Below, piece after piece: positions 1-13,378 of a stretch of 64,000 bases of DNA (positions are counted from its first letter, which is position 1; every line of letters starts with the position of its first letter). Origin of the DNA: Antechinus flavipes (taxonomy: Eukaryota); NCBI RefSeq assembly GCF_016432865.1, contig NC_067400.1, positions 635,066,001 to 635,130,000 of the forward strand, written 5' to 3'. The translations under genes and the position numbers were made by a program. A model generated the notes under the pieces. The model was not told the origin of the DNA. It ran no database searches and saw only the letters and a program-made list of their open reading frames with translations.

Positions 1-59
1 GGAGAGGGATTGAGGTAAAAATAAGAAGCAAAACATTTGAGAATGAACATAGAATAAAC

Positions 60-1060
60 AGGAAGAAAATAAAATGATGGGAAATACATAATAGTCAATA
101 ACAAAAAATTTACAGCATGTTTCTCTGATAAAGGTTCTCATTTCTCAAATATATAGAGAACTAAGTCACTTATAGAAATATAATTAAAGAATATGAAATA
201 ATAAAAGCTATCTATAGTCATATGAAAAAAATTTTCTAAGTCATTACTGGCCAGAGAAAGGCAAATTAAAACATCTCTGAGCTACATTTCACCCTTCAGA
301 TTGGCTAAAATGGCAGAAAAGGAAAATGATAAATGCTGAAGGGATGTGAGAAAACTGGGACATTAAAACTCCACTGTTGGTGGAGTTGTAAACTGAGCTG
401 ACCATTCTGGAAAGTAATAGGAACTATGCCCAAAGGGCTATAAAACCTTATGTTCCCTTTGACCATGCAATACTATGACTAGGTCTGCAATCCAGAGAGA
501 TAAAAAACAAAACAAAAAAAAAAAAGGATCTATAAGCACAAAAATATTTACAGTCATTATTTTAGTGGTGGCAAAGAATTGGAAATTGAGGAGATATCCA
601 CCAGTTGGGGAATAGCCGGACAAGCTGCTGCATCTGATTGTGATGGAATGCTGTCGGGCCATAAGAAATGAGGAGCAGGCAGATTTCAGAAAAACGACTT
701 ACATGAACTGTCGCAAAGTGAAATGAGCAGGAGCACAACACTGTCTGATGACCACTTGTGAATGATTTAATTATCTCAGCAATACAATATCTTCAAAGAA
801 AGAACTGGTGGAGTCTAAATACAGATGGAAGCAGACTTTTTTCTTTATTTTTCTTGAGGGTTTTTTGTCTGTATTTTCTTTTACAACGTGACTGACATGG
901 AAATATATTTTGCATGACTTCACCTATAAAACCTATGTCAAAATGCTTGCCTTTATAACTGGAAGGGGAGAAGTGGGAATAAGGGAAAGAAACTGGGAAT
1001 CAAAAGTTAAACAAAAACAAATGTTAAAAATTGGTTTTGCTTGGAATTGGGGAAGAATAA
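60..1060 (+). mobile_element. Degenerate L1 3' end (ORF2 C-terminus and 3' UTR)
   Basis: Contains ctctgataaaggttctcatttctcaaatatatagagaac and gtggcaaagaattggaaattgagg, typical of marsupial L1 3' ends; related text recurs at 37.8 kb and 61.1 kb. Confidence 0.8.
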
Positions 1061-1759
1061 ACTATTAAATGTAATGCACAATTTGAGAGCTGCCTTTTAC
1101 AGAAGATATGACCCTCCCCTGGACATGTGTGTATATAATACAGCCAAAATTCTATTTCATTTTCTATGTGTACATGTATGTATTTGTGTATCATTTATAG
1201 ATGCAGTCAAAATTATACTTAATTTTCTGTATGTGTAGGTACATATGTATGACATGGCATGATACAGCCAAAATTTTATCTTCTGTGTATTTTGTTTCTC
1301 TTGTGACACTCCCAAGAATAGATGCTCCTCCATAGCCAGGGCTGTTTCATTTTTGCCTCTGTCTTCTCCACAAAGAATGCAGTCTCTGACACACATGATG
1401 CTTATGAGAGGGTTGTGTCACTGGGCCAGCCTTTCCTACAGGTGATTTTCAACCACTTTCCTAGGAAAAAAAAATCTCTGTCCTCCCTCTCTCTCATATT
1501 ACACAAATGAAAAAACAAGTGAGGAAATTCCAAAATCAAAAACTAAAAATTATAACTGAAGCTGAAAGAATTTTTCCATAACAGTTTACAATAAAAGCAA
1601 TCCCTAAGGTAATAGAAGAACGTAAATGAATCATAAATTTTTCCTCCAAACCAGAAACTTATTACTTCCAAGGCACACAATCTCATCTAACTTTAAAAAA
1701 AAAAGTAAAATTAAAATTAAAGCTGTTCACCCATCTAGGTCAGAACACTTACAAACATC

Positions 1760-2555
1760 AAGACCGGTTTGAAGAAAATGATGGACAAATTCAGAGTATG
1801 CCAAATGAAAAAGAAGAGTTCCACAGTGTGTACCAGCAGGATAGTTCATCCATCTCTAAGAAAGAGCAATTAACTCCATCAAAAGTAAGGCACAAGCAAA
1901 GCCACAAGAGATTCTTGGCTCAGTAAGAAGACCTATGAAATTCCGTTTTCTGCTGAGAGTAACACCCCAAAGCCTTTTTGTGACGCACTAAAGGCTATTT
2001 ATGGGCCAAAGATCTGTGGTGCATCTCAACTACTCTGTGCTGATGGAGCCACATTGATGAATGATAAGCCCAAGATCCTAAAGAGATGGACCAAACACTT
2101 TTTATAGTGTTCTCAATAAATTATCATCAAGAAACTGAAGCCATGACCTTTTGCGTCCAGTTGAAATCAATCCCTCCCTAGCCGAAGTCCCAACTGATGA
2201 AAACGGTCTGAACATCATTAGGCCTTATTCCTGCCGCAAAGTACCGCTGATTCTATTCCAACTAAGATTTACACGACGGGGATCCATTACTCATACAAAA
2301 GCTGACTGAAGTTTTCCAGATTATATAGCAAGAGTTGGTCATCCTCCAGGAAGTCAGGGATGCCTCAACTGTCCATCTCTATAAAAGGTAAAGGGAGTAG
2401 ATTGTCCTGTAACAAACAGAGCGATGGGGCAGGGCAGGGTCTTTCTCTTAGTCAATGATCACAAGATTCTTACTAGGCAGATCCTCCACCTGGAAAAAGG
2501 TCATCTACCAGAGAACCAGAGAGGCTTCAGAAAAGGCAGGGAAATGGTCAAACTG
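1760..2555 (+). mobile_element. RTE-clade non-LTR retrotransposon fragment (frameshifted RT region)
   Basis: Remnant peptides FCDALKAIYGP, ADGATLMNDKPKILKRW and HLEKGHLPENQRGFRKGR match the RTE/BovB ORF motifs ALKAIYGP and LPESQCGFR. Confidence 0.8.
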
Positions 2556-2595
2556 GTATCAGAGAAATGCCAGGGGCAGAACAGTTGCATGTACT

Positions 2596-2862
2596 TGCGC
2601 GCGCGCGCGCACACACACACGCACACAGAACATGCGCACACGTACACATATACAAATATACATACACACAGGCTTAGACACAAGTGCCCACATGTGTGCT
2701 TTTACAGACACACACACGAACAGGCCTCCCTCATCCACATGGTCATGTGCACACATACACAAACATACATGCCTACATATGTGTGTGCATAGAAGCACGC
2801 GGCAGCACAAACACAATCACACATATATGCAAATATATGTGAGTGCTCATACACACACATGA
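2596..2862. repeat. (CG)n(CA)n microsatellite and degenerate CA-rich tract
   Basis: gcgcgcgcgcgcgcacacacacac followed by degenerate CA/TA repeats. Confidence 0.9.
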
Positions 2863-3247
2863 CCAGAACACAGGTTTGAATGGCTGCTCCCCCAAAAGAA
2901 AAGAATAAACTCAGGTAGAGCTAGGTCTGAAGTCTGAGGACTTGGAGATACATGGGTGAGCAAGTCCCTGAACCTCTCCCTCTCCAGAGGTTGGGCTAGT
3001 CACTTTCCCAAAGAATCTGAGTTCTGAGTGTATGTATATGTGAGAGACAGACAGACAGAGACAGAGACAGAGAAACAGAGAATACCCCCAAGCTACCTCT
3101 CAGACTCTACATACACACAAAAAAGATGACCCTAAATCTACAAACACATATGCCCACTCACAACTGGACCTCTACTCCAAACTCAAGCTCCTCAGACTCC
3201 CAGTCCTGCCCCTAGACAGGAAACAAAGAGCAGCAGATATTGAATTA

Positions 3248-3466
<219 letters not shown>

Positions 3467-3559
3467 TCATTTCTTCCTTTTATAAAATGTGATTTTATAA
3501 TCACAATGCAAAGTCCCTGCCCAACTGGATAAGCTAAGTGAGAAATTAAGGCTGGCACT

Positions 3560-4010
3560 TACAATGGAGGGGTCTGGGAGAGGTCTCTTGAAGAAGATGA
3601 GATCTGAAGCAAGTCTTGAAGGAAAAAAGAAATCCAAGAGTTGGAAGAAAAGAGATAAAGCATTCCAGACATAGAGGATAGCCAGGGCAAAGGTATGAAG
3701 GTGAAAGGTGGAGAGTCATATTAGGACAGCAAGAAGGTGCACCTACAGAGAGAAAGAACATGTGTGAAAACTGAAAAGGTTGGAAGGAAGCTTTAAATTC
3801 TAAGCAGGAGAGGTAGCCCTCTGAACTCGGTGGGCAAGAAGTAGACATGATAAGATCACTCATGGCTTGATGAAAAATGGACTGAAGCAGGGAGAAAATC
3901 GAGGTAGGGTGGGGGCCAATAGCTCTTTCAATAAGCTAGGTGTCAGGTGATCATAGCAAGCACCAGAATAGGGTCTGTGTCAGAGGAGAAAAGGGGAAGC
4001 ACTGAAGAGA
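3560..4010 (-). mobile_element. L2 fragment
   Basis: Purine-rich L2-antisense text ending in gtcagaggagaaaagggg, which leads into the 27-bp array. Confidence 0.65.
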
Positions 4011-4305
4011 TGCTGCAAAGGTGACATAGACCAGAAGCTGCAGAGGTGAAATGGACCAGAGGTGCTGCAGAGGTGAAATGGACCAGAGATGCTGCATAGA
4101 TGAAATGGACCAGAGGTGCTGCAGAGGTGAAATGGACCAGAGATGCTGCATAGATGAAATGGACCAGAGATGCTGCATAGATGAAATGGACCAGAGATGC
4201 TGCATAGATGAAATGGACCAGAGATGCTGCAGAGATGACATGGACCAGAGATAGAGCAGAAGTGAAATGGACCAGAGATGCTGCACAGATGAAATGGACC
4301 AGAGC
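4008..4305. repeat. 27-bp tandem array (gaaatggaccagagatgctgcagaggt), L2-derived, about 11 units
   Basis: Direct reading; explains the MDQRCC and GPFHLCSIS repeat ORFs. Confidence 0.9.
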
Positions 4306-4309
4306 TTTT

Positions 4310-5325
4310 TGAAATTTTGACTTTCAAATACAAGACTCTAGAGAAGCATGAAAGGGTAAAATAGGAAAGGGAAATCATAAGGGGACTTAATAAAGTTTAA
4401 CTCTGTACATTTCTACATGAGATGATACTTGTATATCCTGAGAAGTTTTTGATTATTGGGGCATGAAATACATATAGTCAGAGGGCATAGGTGTGAATTG
4501 AATGTGAAGGGATAATATAATAATAAAACATAATAAATAAACAATAAAAAGCAATTAAGGGGGAGATGGAATGTACTGGGATAAAGGAAAAGAGAGAGGT
4601 ATAATGGGGTAAATTATCTCACATGAAAAAAGAAAAAAAAATCTTTTAATAAGAATTGGTTCAAAGAGGGAATCATATAGACACTCAATTGGTATAGAAA
4701 TCTATCTTGTCCTACAAAAAAAGCATTTGAGGAAGGAGATACATAAAGGGGAAAGCGTGATAGAAGGAATGGCAGATTGAAGGAGGGGATGGTCAGAAGC
4801 AAAACACTTTTGAGGAGGGACAGGGTGAAAGAAGAGAGAGAATAGGATAAGCAGAAGGGAAATACAATTCATAAGTTATTGTGGGAAGAAAATCGCAGCA
4901 ATTTTTTCTGATAAAATTGATATAAAATATATAGAGATTTGAATCTAATTTATAAAAATAAGATCCATTTCCCAACTGATAAATGATTTTAAAGATATAA
5001 ATAGTTTTCAAACAAAGTAATCAAAGTAATCTATAACAACATGGGGAAAAAATGCCCTAACAGTACTGATTGGATTAAATTAAAACAATTCTAAGTTGTT
5101 ACCACATACCTATTAGATTGGTTAATAGGACAGAAAAGAAAAGTGACAAATGGTTGAGGGGGATGGAGAAAATGAGACATTAGTGCAGTTGTGAAATGAT
5201 TCGATCTTTCTGTAGAACAGTTTGGAACTGTTTCCAAAGGGCTATAAAATCATACATACTACCCTTTGATCCAGCAGTGTCTCTATTGGGTCTGTATTCC
5301 AAAGAGATCATAAAAAGGAAAAATA
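4310..5325 (+). mobile_element. Degenerate L1 fragments
   Basis: A-rich L1-like text including gacccttt-type 3' motif ctttgatccagcagtgtctctattgggtctgtattccaaagagatc. Confidence 0.65.
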
Positions 5326-5326
5326 A

Positions 5327-5397
5327 GGCAGCTAGGAGGCACAGTGGATAAGAGCATCAGCCCTGAAGTCACAAGGCCAGAAGTCAAATCTGGCCTC
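5327..5397 (+). mobile_element. tRNA-derived CORE-SINE 5' end (WSINE1/Mar-like), cut by N gap
   Basis: ggcagctaggaggcacagtggataagagc...gaagtcaaatctggcctc with A- and B-box-like elements. Confidence 0.8.
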
Positions 5398-6066
5398 NNN
5401 NNNNNNNNNNNNNNNNNNNNNNNNNNNNNNNNNNNNNNNNNNNNNNNNNNNNNNNNNNNNNNNNNNNNNNNNNNNNNNNNNNNNNNNNNNNNNNNNNNNN
5501 NNNNNNNNNNNNNNNNNNNNNNNNNNNNNNNNNNNNNNNNNNNNNNNNNNNNNNNNNNNNNNNNNNNNNNNNNNNNNNNNNNNAGGAAATGAAAGGAAAG
5601 GGAAAGGGAAGAAAAGGAAAGGGAAAGGAAAGGAGAGGGAGAGGGAAGGGGAAAGGAAAGGGAAAGGAGAGGGAGAGGGAAAGGAGAGGGAGAGGAGAAG
5701 GGGGAGGGGGAGGGAGAGGGAAAGGAAAGGAGAAAGGGAAAGGAAAGGGGAGAGGAAAGGGGAAAGGGAAAGGGAAGGAAAGGAGAGGGAAGGGGAAAGG
5801 GAAGGGGAAAGGAAGGGGAAAGGGNNNNNNNNNNNNNNNNNNNNNNNNNNNNNNNNNNNNNNNNNNNNNNNNNNNNNNNNNNNNNNNNNNNNNNNNNNNN
5901 NNNNNNNNNNNNNNNNNNNNNNNNNNNNNNNNNNNNNNNNNNNNNNNNNNNNNNNNNNNNNNNNNNGGAAAGGAAAAGAGGGGAAAGGAAAGGAGGGGAA
6001 AGGAAAGGAGGGGAAAGGGGAAAGGAAAGGAGGGGAAAGGGGAAAGGAAAGGAGGGGAAAGGAAAG
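5398..6066. repeat. (GGAAA/GGGAA)n purine tract with assembly gaps at 5398-5583 and 5825-5966
   Basis: Direct reading. Confidence 0.95.
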
Positions 6067-6479
6067 GCCTGGAGAGATTTACATGAACTAATGCTGAGTG
6101 AAGTGAGCAGAACCAAGAGAACATTTTACACAGCAACAAGAAGATTTATGTGATGATCAGTTCTGCTGAAGTGGCTCTTTTCAACAATGAGATGATTCAA
6201 TTCCAATGCACTTATGATGGAGAGAGCCATCTGCATCCAGACAGAGGACTGAAACTAAAGCTGCCTCCAGAAAACCTCCCCAAGAAACCTGCTCCCAGAG
6301 AAAACTATCATATATTATATAAAAGAAGAGAACACCATAGAAATATATTTAGAAGAATTGCACATGTTTAACTTATATTGGATTACTTCTCTCTAGAGGA
6401 GGGGAGAAGGAGAAGAGTGAGGGAGAAAAATATGGAACACAAGGTTTTGCAAGGGTGAATGTTGAAAATCCTTTGCATA

Positions 6480-7141
6480 AGCCCTGTTTGTAGTGGCTAG
6501 AAACTGGAAAATGAATGGATGCCCATCAATTGGAGAATAGCTGGGTAAATTGTGGTATATGAATGTTATGGAATATTATTGCTCTGTAAGGAATGACCAG
6601 CAGGATGAATACAGAGAGGCTTGGAGAGACCTACATGGACTGATGCTAAGTGAGATGAGCAGAACCAGGAGATCATTATACACTTCGACAACGATATTGT
6701 ATGAGGATGTATTCTGATAAAAGTGGATTTCTATGACAAAGAGACCTAACTGAGTTTCAATGGACAAATGATGGACAGAAACAGCTACACCCAAAGAAGG
6801 AACACTGGGAAACGAATGTGAACTATTTGCATTTTTGATTTTCTTCCCGAGTTATTTTTACCTTCTGAATCCAATTCTCCCTGTGCAACAGGAGAACTGT
6901 TCGGTTCTGCAAATATGTATTGTATCTAGCATATACTGCAACATATTTAACATATATAGGACTGCTTGCCATCTTGGGGGGGGGGGAGAGGGAGGGAGGG
7001 GAAAAATCGAAACATAAGCGAGTGCAAGGGATGATGTTGTAAAAAATTACCCTGGCATGGATTCTGTCAATACAAAGTTATTATTAAATAAAATAAAATT
7101 TAAATTAAAAAAAAACATATTAACATCTATTTAAAAAAAAA
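6480..7141 (+). mobile_element. 5'-truncated younger L1 (3' UTR plus A tail) inserted in an older L1 3' UTR
   Basis: 16-bp target-site duplication gaaaatcctttgcata at 6464-6479 and 7142-7157; A-rich tail. Confidence 0.85.
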
Positions 7142-7539
7142 GAAAATCCTTTGCATATATTTTGAAAATAAAAAGCTATTTTTTAAAAATCATGCATTCC
7201 TTTTGACCTAAATACCACCACTAGATCTGTATCCCAAAAGATGTATTTAAAAAAAAAAAAAAGGAAAGGACTTATACATATTAAAAAATATTTTGAAAAC
7301 TCTTTTCTGGGGGCAAAGAATGGAAAATTGAGAGGATGACCATCAATTGGGAAATGCTGAATAAATAGTGGTATGTGATTATGATGGAATACTCTATTAT
7401 GATGGAATACATTATAAGAAATGATAAGCAGATTGCTCTCAGAAAAATGGGGAGGGCTTTCCATGAGCTGATACAAACTGAAGTATTCTGTGTATAAAGT
7501 AATGGCAATAATACAAGATGTTCAGCGTGAAGGACTCCC

Positions 7540-7872
7540 CTATTCTCAGTGATACAATGATGCAAAATGTTTAGCCATGAAGCTGTTCTCAGTGATACAA
7601 TGATGCAAGATGTTCAATGTAAAGCTATTCTCAGTGATACAATGATGCAAGATGTTCAGCCATGAAGCTGTTCTCAGTGATACAATGATACAAGGTGTTC
7701 AATGTAAAGCTATTCTCAGTGATACAATGATACAAGGTGTTCAATGTAAAACTATTCTCAGTGATACAATGATACAAGGTGTTCAGCCATGAAGCTGTTC
7801 TCAGTGATACACTGATGCAAGATGTTCAGCAGTGAAGGACTCATCTATTCTCAGAGATACAATGATGCAAAA
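7540..7872. repeat. 42-43-bp tandem array inside an L1 3' UTR, about 8 units
   Basis: Unit t(a/g)ttctcagtgatacaatgat(g/a)caag(a/g)tgttca...; single-copy equivalent tctcagcaatacagtgattcaagac at about 61.7 kb. Confidence 0.9.
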
Positions 7873-9615
7873 GAACAGACTTCCAATGAAAAACACTGTC
7901 CATCTCCAGAGAAGGATCTGGTGCTATCTGACTACAAAATGAAGCACACGTTCTGGCCTTCTCAATGAGGGAGGAGGGAAGGAATTAAGGAAGAGGATCT
8001 AGAATTCAAAGTTTTCAGAATGAATGTTAAAAATTGCTTTTACATATAACTAGAGAAAATGTTAAAAATTTTCAGAATGAATGTTAAAAATTGTTTTATA
8101 TGTAACTAGGGAAAAGCAAAATAATAAATAAAAAGAAAAAAAATGATGTCTATTGGACGTCCAGTTGGAAAGGTCTGAAAGACTGCTGGGAGTCTCTCCA
8201 CAATGATGAATTCCTCAGAACTAGGGAGGTGCCCAAGAGAGCAAGCAGCCCAGAAAAGTCAAAGAAACAGAGTAAAGACTGTTCAGGCTCAGAAAAAGGA
8301 GGACCCTTGGATGTGACCATCCAGGTAATGAGGCTGGAAACCAAGGGCCACGGATGAGAGAAGGGAGGACGTGAAGGCAGCCAGTGTAGATGACTCTTCC
8401 AAGAGCCAGGAGCCATGGGGGTCCAGTGAGGGTTTTTAAAGGCTGTGAAATACAGCAGTGGAAGGGAGAGACATGGAGAGCCTCTGAACATCCCCACAGG
8501 GGATGCTTGGGAAGGGGTGAAAGGCAGGATAACCTCACGGAGAGTGGGGGACAGAGGCTGCATTAGCGGCTGCCAGTAAGTCTCGGGGAGCGGGGGGGAG
8601 GACAGAAAGCAGCAGACAAGGCCTACCCAGGGATGGGAGAGTCAGGAACACACTCAGGACTACCCTGTGCCCTGTGGCTGGCTGACCCAAATTCTCCCCT
8701 TGACTCCCGCCATGAGCCAACACAATCCCAGCATGAGCATGGACCAGCCTGTGGCCCAGGGCCTCAGCCGGTCCCCCAAGGCCATCCACAAACTGTATCC
8801 AACCTCATTTCCCTCTGCTCCCAAACACTAAGTCCCTAGCTCGGCCCCTACAAATGCCCAACTCCAGGCTTTTGTTCCAAAAAGCAAACCCGGTGCCTGA
8901 CCCTTGTTGCCCACCCATGCTTGTATTTGGGCTGCCCTTCTCCTGAGCTGATAGGGGGAACCACAGTTCCCAGAAGACAAGGACTGGCCCTCTAATCCTC
9001 CCTCTGGTCTTGACCCCACAGAAGGAGTGGGATTTGTGGTGGAGGGGGAGGAGGGACAGAGTAGAGCAAGTGGGACCCAATTGTTGTCTTTGTGGGAAAC
9101 AAAATTCTGAACCCCAAAATGGGCGCACATTCACTCAGTGAGTGGAGCGGTTTAAACTCCCTCGGGGTGAGACAGAAAGGAGAAGCATCTTTTCTCCTCT
9201 GGCTCAGTCCTACTCTTCCCTTCAGAGGCCTGGCCCAGCCCAGCCTGCCAGCCTTCTTCGTTTGCCCCTTCCATGCGGCTCCAGACAGACTTCCCAAAGC
9301 TAAAGACGGCCGCTCTCCCAGCCTTGGGATACACGGCTTCATTTGTCTGAGGTTCAGCAAGCTTCGCGTTTGCCTCCAGTTCTGCCCCTGAGCCCCGCCA
9401 GGCTAGCAGCTTTAGAGCTGGTCCCCTTAGCAGAAGCTGTAGCCAAGCTAGCTCCTGGAATCACCAGGGGTCTGGGGGGAGACTGCACCCCCCACCCCAG
9501 TTCTTTGCAAAATTTGGGGAAACTTGACTATCAACATTTCTTACACCCTCAAGGAGTGGCCATTCAGACAGATGGTAACCAGGGAGGGGTCTACACACCA
9601 AAGCCTGAAACCTAC

Positions 9616-9698
9616 CTGGGAAAGGGCTGCTCCATTCTGCTCCTCCTCCTCTTGCTCCTCCTCCTCCTGGGCTGGGGCTGTATTCTCAGTGGGCAGAG
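9616..9698 (-). CDS. Probable pre-KRAB linker exon (xLPTENTAPAQEEEEQEEEEQNGAALSQ)
   Basis: tcttcccctag acceptor, cag|gtaggt donor; 83 nt, phase 1 to phase 0, compatible with the phase-0 KRAB exon; ends in Q like ZKSCAN-type linker exons. Confidence 0.55.
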
Positions 9699-10539
9699 CT
9701 AGGGGAAGACATGGGAGTCATGGGTGGGGGGCCAGGCCTGTGCAGTACTGATTCCTCCCTTCTCACCCTTTGTTCCCCCCTTCCCCTTCTCCCCTTCTTC
9801 CTCTTCCTCCTACTCTCCCCCTACCTCCTCTCCCTTCAATGGGTTATGCCCTCAGTGGGCAGCACTGGAGAAGTACACATGAGGGACCAGGCCTTCCCAG
9901 TGGTGGCTAGCTGTCCTCCTCCTCCCTCTTCTTCCTCTCCCTCCCCTCCCCCTTTTCCTTTTCCTGCCTCTCCCCTTCCTTCCCCTCACCTCCTCCTTTT
10001 CCCTCCCCCTCTTCTTTTCCCTACCCCTTCCCTCCACCTTCCTTCCCTCTCTTCCTTTTCCTGCCCCTCCCCTCCCTTCCCCCTCTCCTTCCTCCATCTT
10101 TGAGGTACCAAAGGAAGACAGGGGAGTCTGGCCACATCCCTATTCCACCAGTAGGAAGAACTATTGGGACCACAGTGTAAGGAACCCTAGTAAGAAATGC
10201 TAAGTGAGTCTGGGCCAGGTCTTTTGTATAACTGTTTGCTGAGAACATGAGAAAGTGCTTACAGCCATCTGACAAAATGCCAGGGAAGCATCCAAGAAGA
10301 GCCGGCCATCCTTGTAGTGCCGTCGACAATGAGCATCCTTTATGACTAGCCTGGGTTTACCCTGGAAACCTGGCCAGTGTCTTGAGTAAACCCACTCCTC
10401 CTAAAGGAATCAAAGCATATTCTCCTTGGTGGGCCTTTTGTGAGGGAGCAGTCCCTGGAAGGCCGCTCCATTTCAATGGTCATGTACCAAAGGAGGACAC
10501 TTAGCACAGAACCTTCTTTGTTCTCAGCCTGTAAAAACC

Positions 10540-11110
10540 CCTTAGTGGAAAGGGACTTTGAGAACTCAGCCAGAAAGCCTTGGACAACTTGTCCAAGGAC
10601 ATCTTGACACCTCTCACTTGAGACTCCGCAGACTCAGATGTTGGTGCTTCCTCATAGCAGTGATGATGTCTGTTGTTTGTTAGTGTCTTTATTGTGGCCA
10701 CTGTGGTTAATTTTGTACTACTTTTATGCTTAATGGTAATGTCTATTGTACTTGTTTGTTAGTGTCTTTATTGTAGTCACTGTGGTTATTAATTTTGTAT
10801 CACTTTTATGCTTTGAGTTTCCTCCTCCCTTATTTCAATCAAGGCTCTGAGCAGTAATAAACTTAGACCCACATTCTTTAAGACTAGGCCTGCTGAAATT
10901 AGAATCCCACACCTAGATTAAATTTACACACAAAGATAGGGCAGGAATAGGCCAGGATTTAATCCCAAACTTGCTCACTCCAAATAAAAGCTCTCTCTCT
11001 TTGAGTCCCAGGCTCCTGAGCTGGAGAGGATCTGCTACTAACCCCAGAGAAGGGAGAATCCTCCCTATTCCCACCCAGGAGACAAACAGGAAACAGAGAT
11101 GATGACTCAC
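10540..11110 (+). mobile_element. LTR-like sequence with an internal direct duplication of about 60 bp
   Basis: ttgtttgttagtgtctttattgt...cttttatgctt occurs twice (about 10672 and 10752); AATAAA near 10984; ends in ...gactcaca. Confidence 0.4.
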
Positions 11111-11494
11111 ATCTCTACAGCCTCAGAAGGACCACTGACAGATAGGGAAACCAAGGGCCTGCCACAGAAGGGAGGGATCTTTTTATGACCTTGGTTGGAA
11201 GTTGAAGAGGTGAGAGTGGAAAGAGAGGGTCAGGGCCTAGAACCAGGCCTCCCAAGTGAGGGGAGCTCCCTTTTCCCAGGAACCCATTCCTCTTTTCCTT
11301 GTCTCTGTAGTCACAGGCCTCTGAAATCCTGGAAGCCAGCTCAATCAGAAGGAACCTGCTGGGGGCTGACCCCCAAATTCCCTTCTTACCCCCCTCCTCC
11401 AACATTGGAGCCACTTGGGCAAAGCTGCCCTCAGTGGGGGCTCAATCCTCACGTAGTCCTAGGATCCGGGGTCTTGGACAGCTACTCTGCTTAC

Positions 11495-11550
11495 TTCTGG
11501 GTGGTCCACACACCTTGAGGTTCTGGGGACTGTGTCTTTGAGGGTGGCTG
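11495..11550 (-). other. Small putative exon, paralogous to 20865-20914
   Basis: cttctgcccacag|cagccaccctcaa acceptor (NAGNAG) and aa|gtaagc donor; the same start sequence occurs at 20914. Confidence 0.45.
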
Positions 11551-12699
11551 CTGTGGGCAGAAGTACAGAGACATCAGTGAATCAATACACCAACATACAT
11601 TTATTAAGTTCCTACTGTGTACCTTGCCCCTATGCTAAGAGCTTGGATTAAAGAGATAAAAACAAGCTGACCCTGGCCTGTGAGGTGAGGGATCTGGGAG
11701 AAGGAAGAGTGACTCTAAATACCAAGGAGGGAGTGCTTAGAGTTCATTCTGGAAGTGGACAAGAGCCCCAGGAACTTCCAAACGAAGAGGGGCTCTGGTT
11801 TTAGTGATTAAAAAAAAGAAATTAGAAGGATCTGAGTCAGCCAGGAGAAAATAAAAGTTTGCTCCATGCAGATGATCTGAAGAGGTGCTTTGAGAATTCT
11901 AGATCATCCAAAAACCTTCTGGAAATGATCTCCAGCTTTCACAAAGCTGCAGGACAGAAGATACCCTCCCTTCCCCCACAGATAAGCAGCATTTCTACAC
12001 GTGGACCACAAAGTCCCGCAGCAAGATGGAAAAGGAAATTCCACTTAAATTACTGGAATGAAAGGAGATCATACCGGGAAAACACTTTGGTGGGTGCATG
12101 GGGGACAGACTGGAGGGGCAGAAACCCACCCCCAATAGCTCCTGAAATGGTCCAAGTGATGATGGTCTGAGAGGAGGGGAGAGAGCAGTATCAGAGGAGA
12201 GGAGGGGGCCAGGAGATGGGGGGGGTGGCAGAGGAGATGAGGGGGCCAGGGGTTGGGGGGGGGGCAGTGTCTCAGAAGAGGTGGGGAGAGGTCACAAAGA
12301 AAAACAGCCCAGCCCATTACCACTTGACTGTGAGCAAGGGAAGGGGCGGCCAGTACCTTGGACAGAGGCTGGGGTCAGCTGGAGCTGATCTCAGAGAGCT
12401 AAAGGATTCGTGAGTAGAGAAGGCCGAGGGGTGTACCAGGAGCCTGCAGTGTCCGGGGGGAGGGCAGGGTCACACATGCCCACAAGGGAGAACGGAGGGA
12501 GCACGGAAGTGAGGGAGGGCGCTGACAGCCCCGGGACTTATGGCATGGGACTCCTCTCTACACCCAGGGAAACAAGGTGAGCTTACTGTCCGGGGGTCTA
12601 CAAGAAGAGACTCAGGGTCAGAGGGCACCATCTGTCCAGGGTCCCGACTTGGAGACGCATTCAGACTGGCTAAGTGCATATTAAGCACCTGCTGCGGGG

Positions 12700-13260
12700 C
12701 CGAGCTTTGGAGACCAGCGAGCCCCAAAGACTGGTGACGTCTCCAACCCCTCCTCCCTCCCTGCCCCTCTCTACTAGGGCTCTGGTGGCGCATTACTTTC
12801 CAGATCCCAGCTTCTCTGCCCGGGGCCCTAGCAACAGTTGACGTCACCTCCAGGCACCAGCAAGGAGTGACGTCACCCAGTCACGTCCCCTCCCCGGGCG
12901 CTGGGGCTCCTCCCCTCCCCATGCCCGGGACGCTATGCACTAGCCAAAAGAATCGGGGTTCAGAGACACCGGGGTCCGCACGTACCGGCTCCGAAGGCGC
13001 TGCCCCGGGGTGCGGGGAGCCAGGCACGCAAGGGCCGCCGGGGAACGGGCAAGGGGCGGCCTGACAGGGCCAGGGACAAAATGCGTGCATCCCCAGCCGC
13101 CGGGAGCACAGTGCGCCTGCGTCCTGAGTCCCTCCAGAGGCCCTCCCTTCCCACGGACTCTCCAATCATAAGCCGCATCTGAGCCCTCTCCTGTCTCTGC
13201 CTAAAAGCCTACCACCCCTAGAAAGGGCCGTTCTGTCTCCATGGCAACCACCGGCGTGCC
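12700..13260. promoter_or_regulatory. CpG-rich promoter, cassette copy A
   Basis: TGACGTCA at 12839 and 12868; NRF1-like tgcgcctgcg near 13112; CCAAT near 13163; RFX X-box gtctccatggcaac at 13235-13248. Confidence 0.65.
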
Positions 13261-13378
13261 TCTTCCCCAGCTCCGCCAACCCAGAGCCTAAGGACTCTGC
13301 TGACTGCAACTTCTGGAGCGACTGGGGATCCTCTTCTCCCGCCCGGCTTCCCTCCAGCGCTCTCACCCCTTCTAAGAT

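Noticed and set aside
5283-6139. Long F/P/L- and K/G/R-rich ORFs (also 37236-37817, 51973-54464, 62280-63217)
   Set aside because: Translations of low-complexity purine/pyrimidine tracts, some spanning N gaps
8690-8790. Minus-strand hydrophobic stretch MALGDRLRPWATGWSMLMLGLCWLMAGVKG
   Set aside because: Short, weak donor, no downstream partner exon
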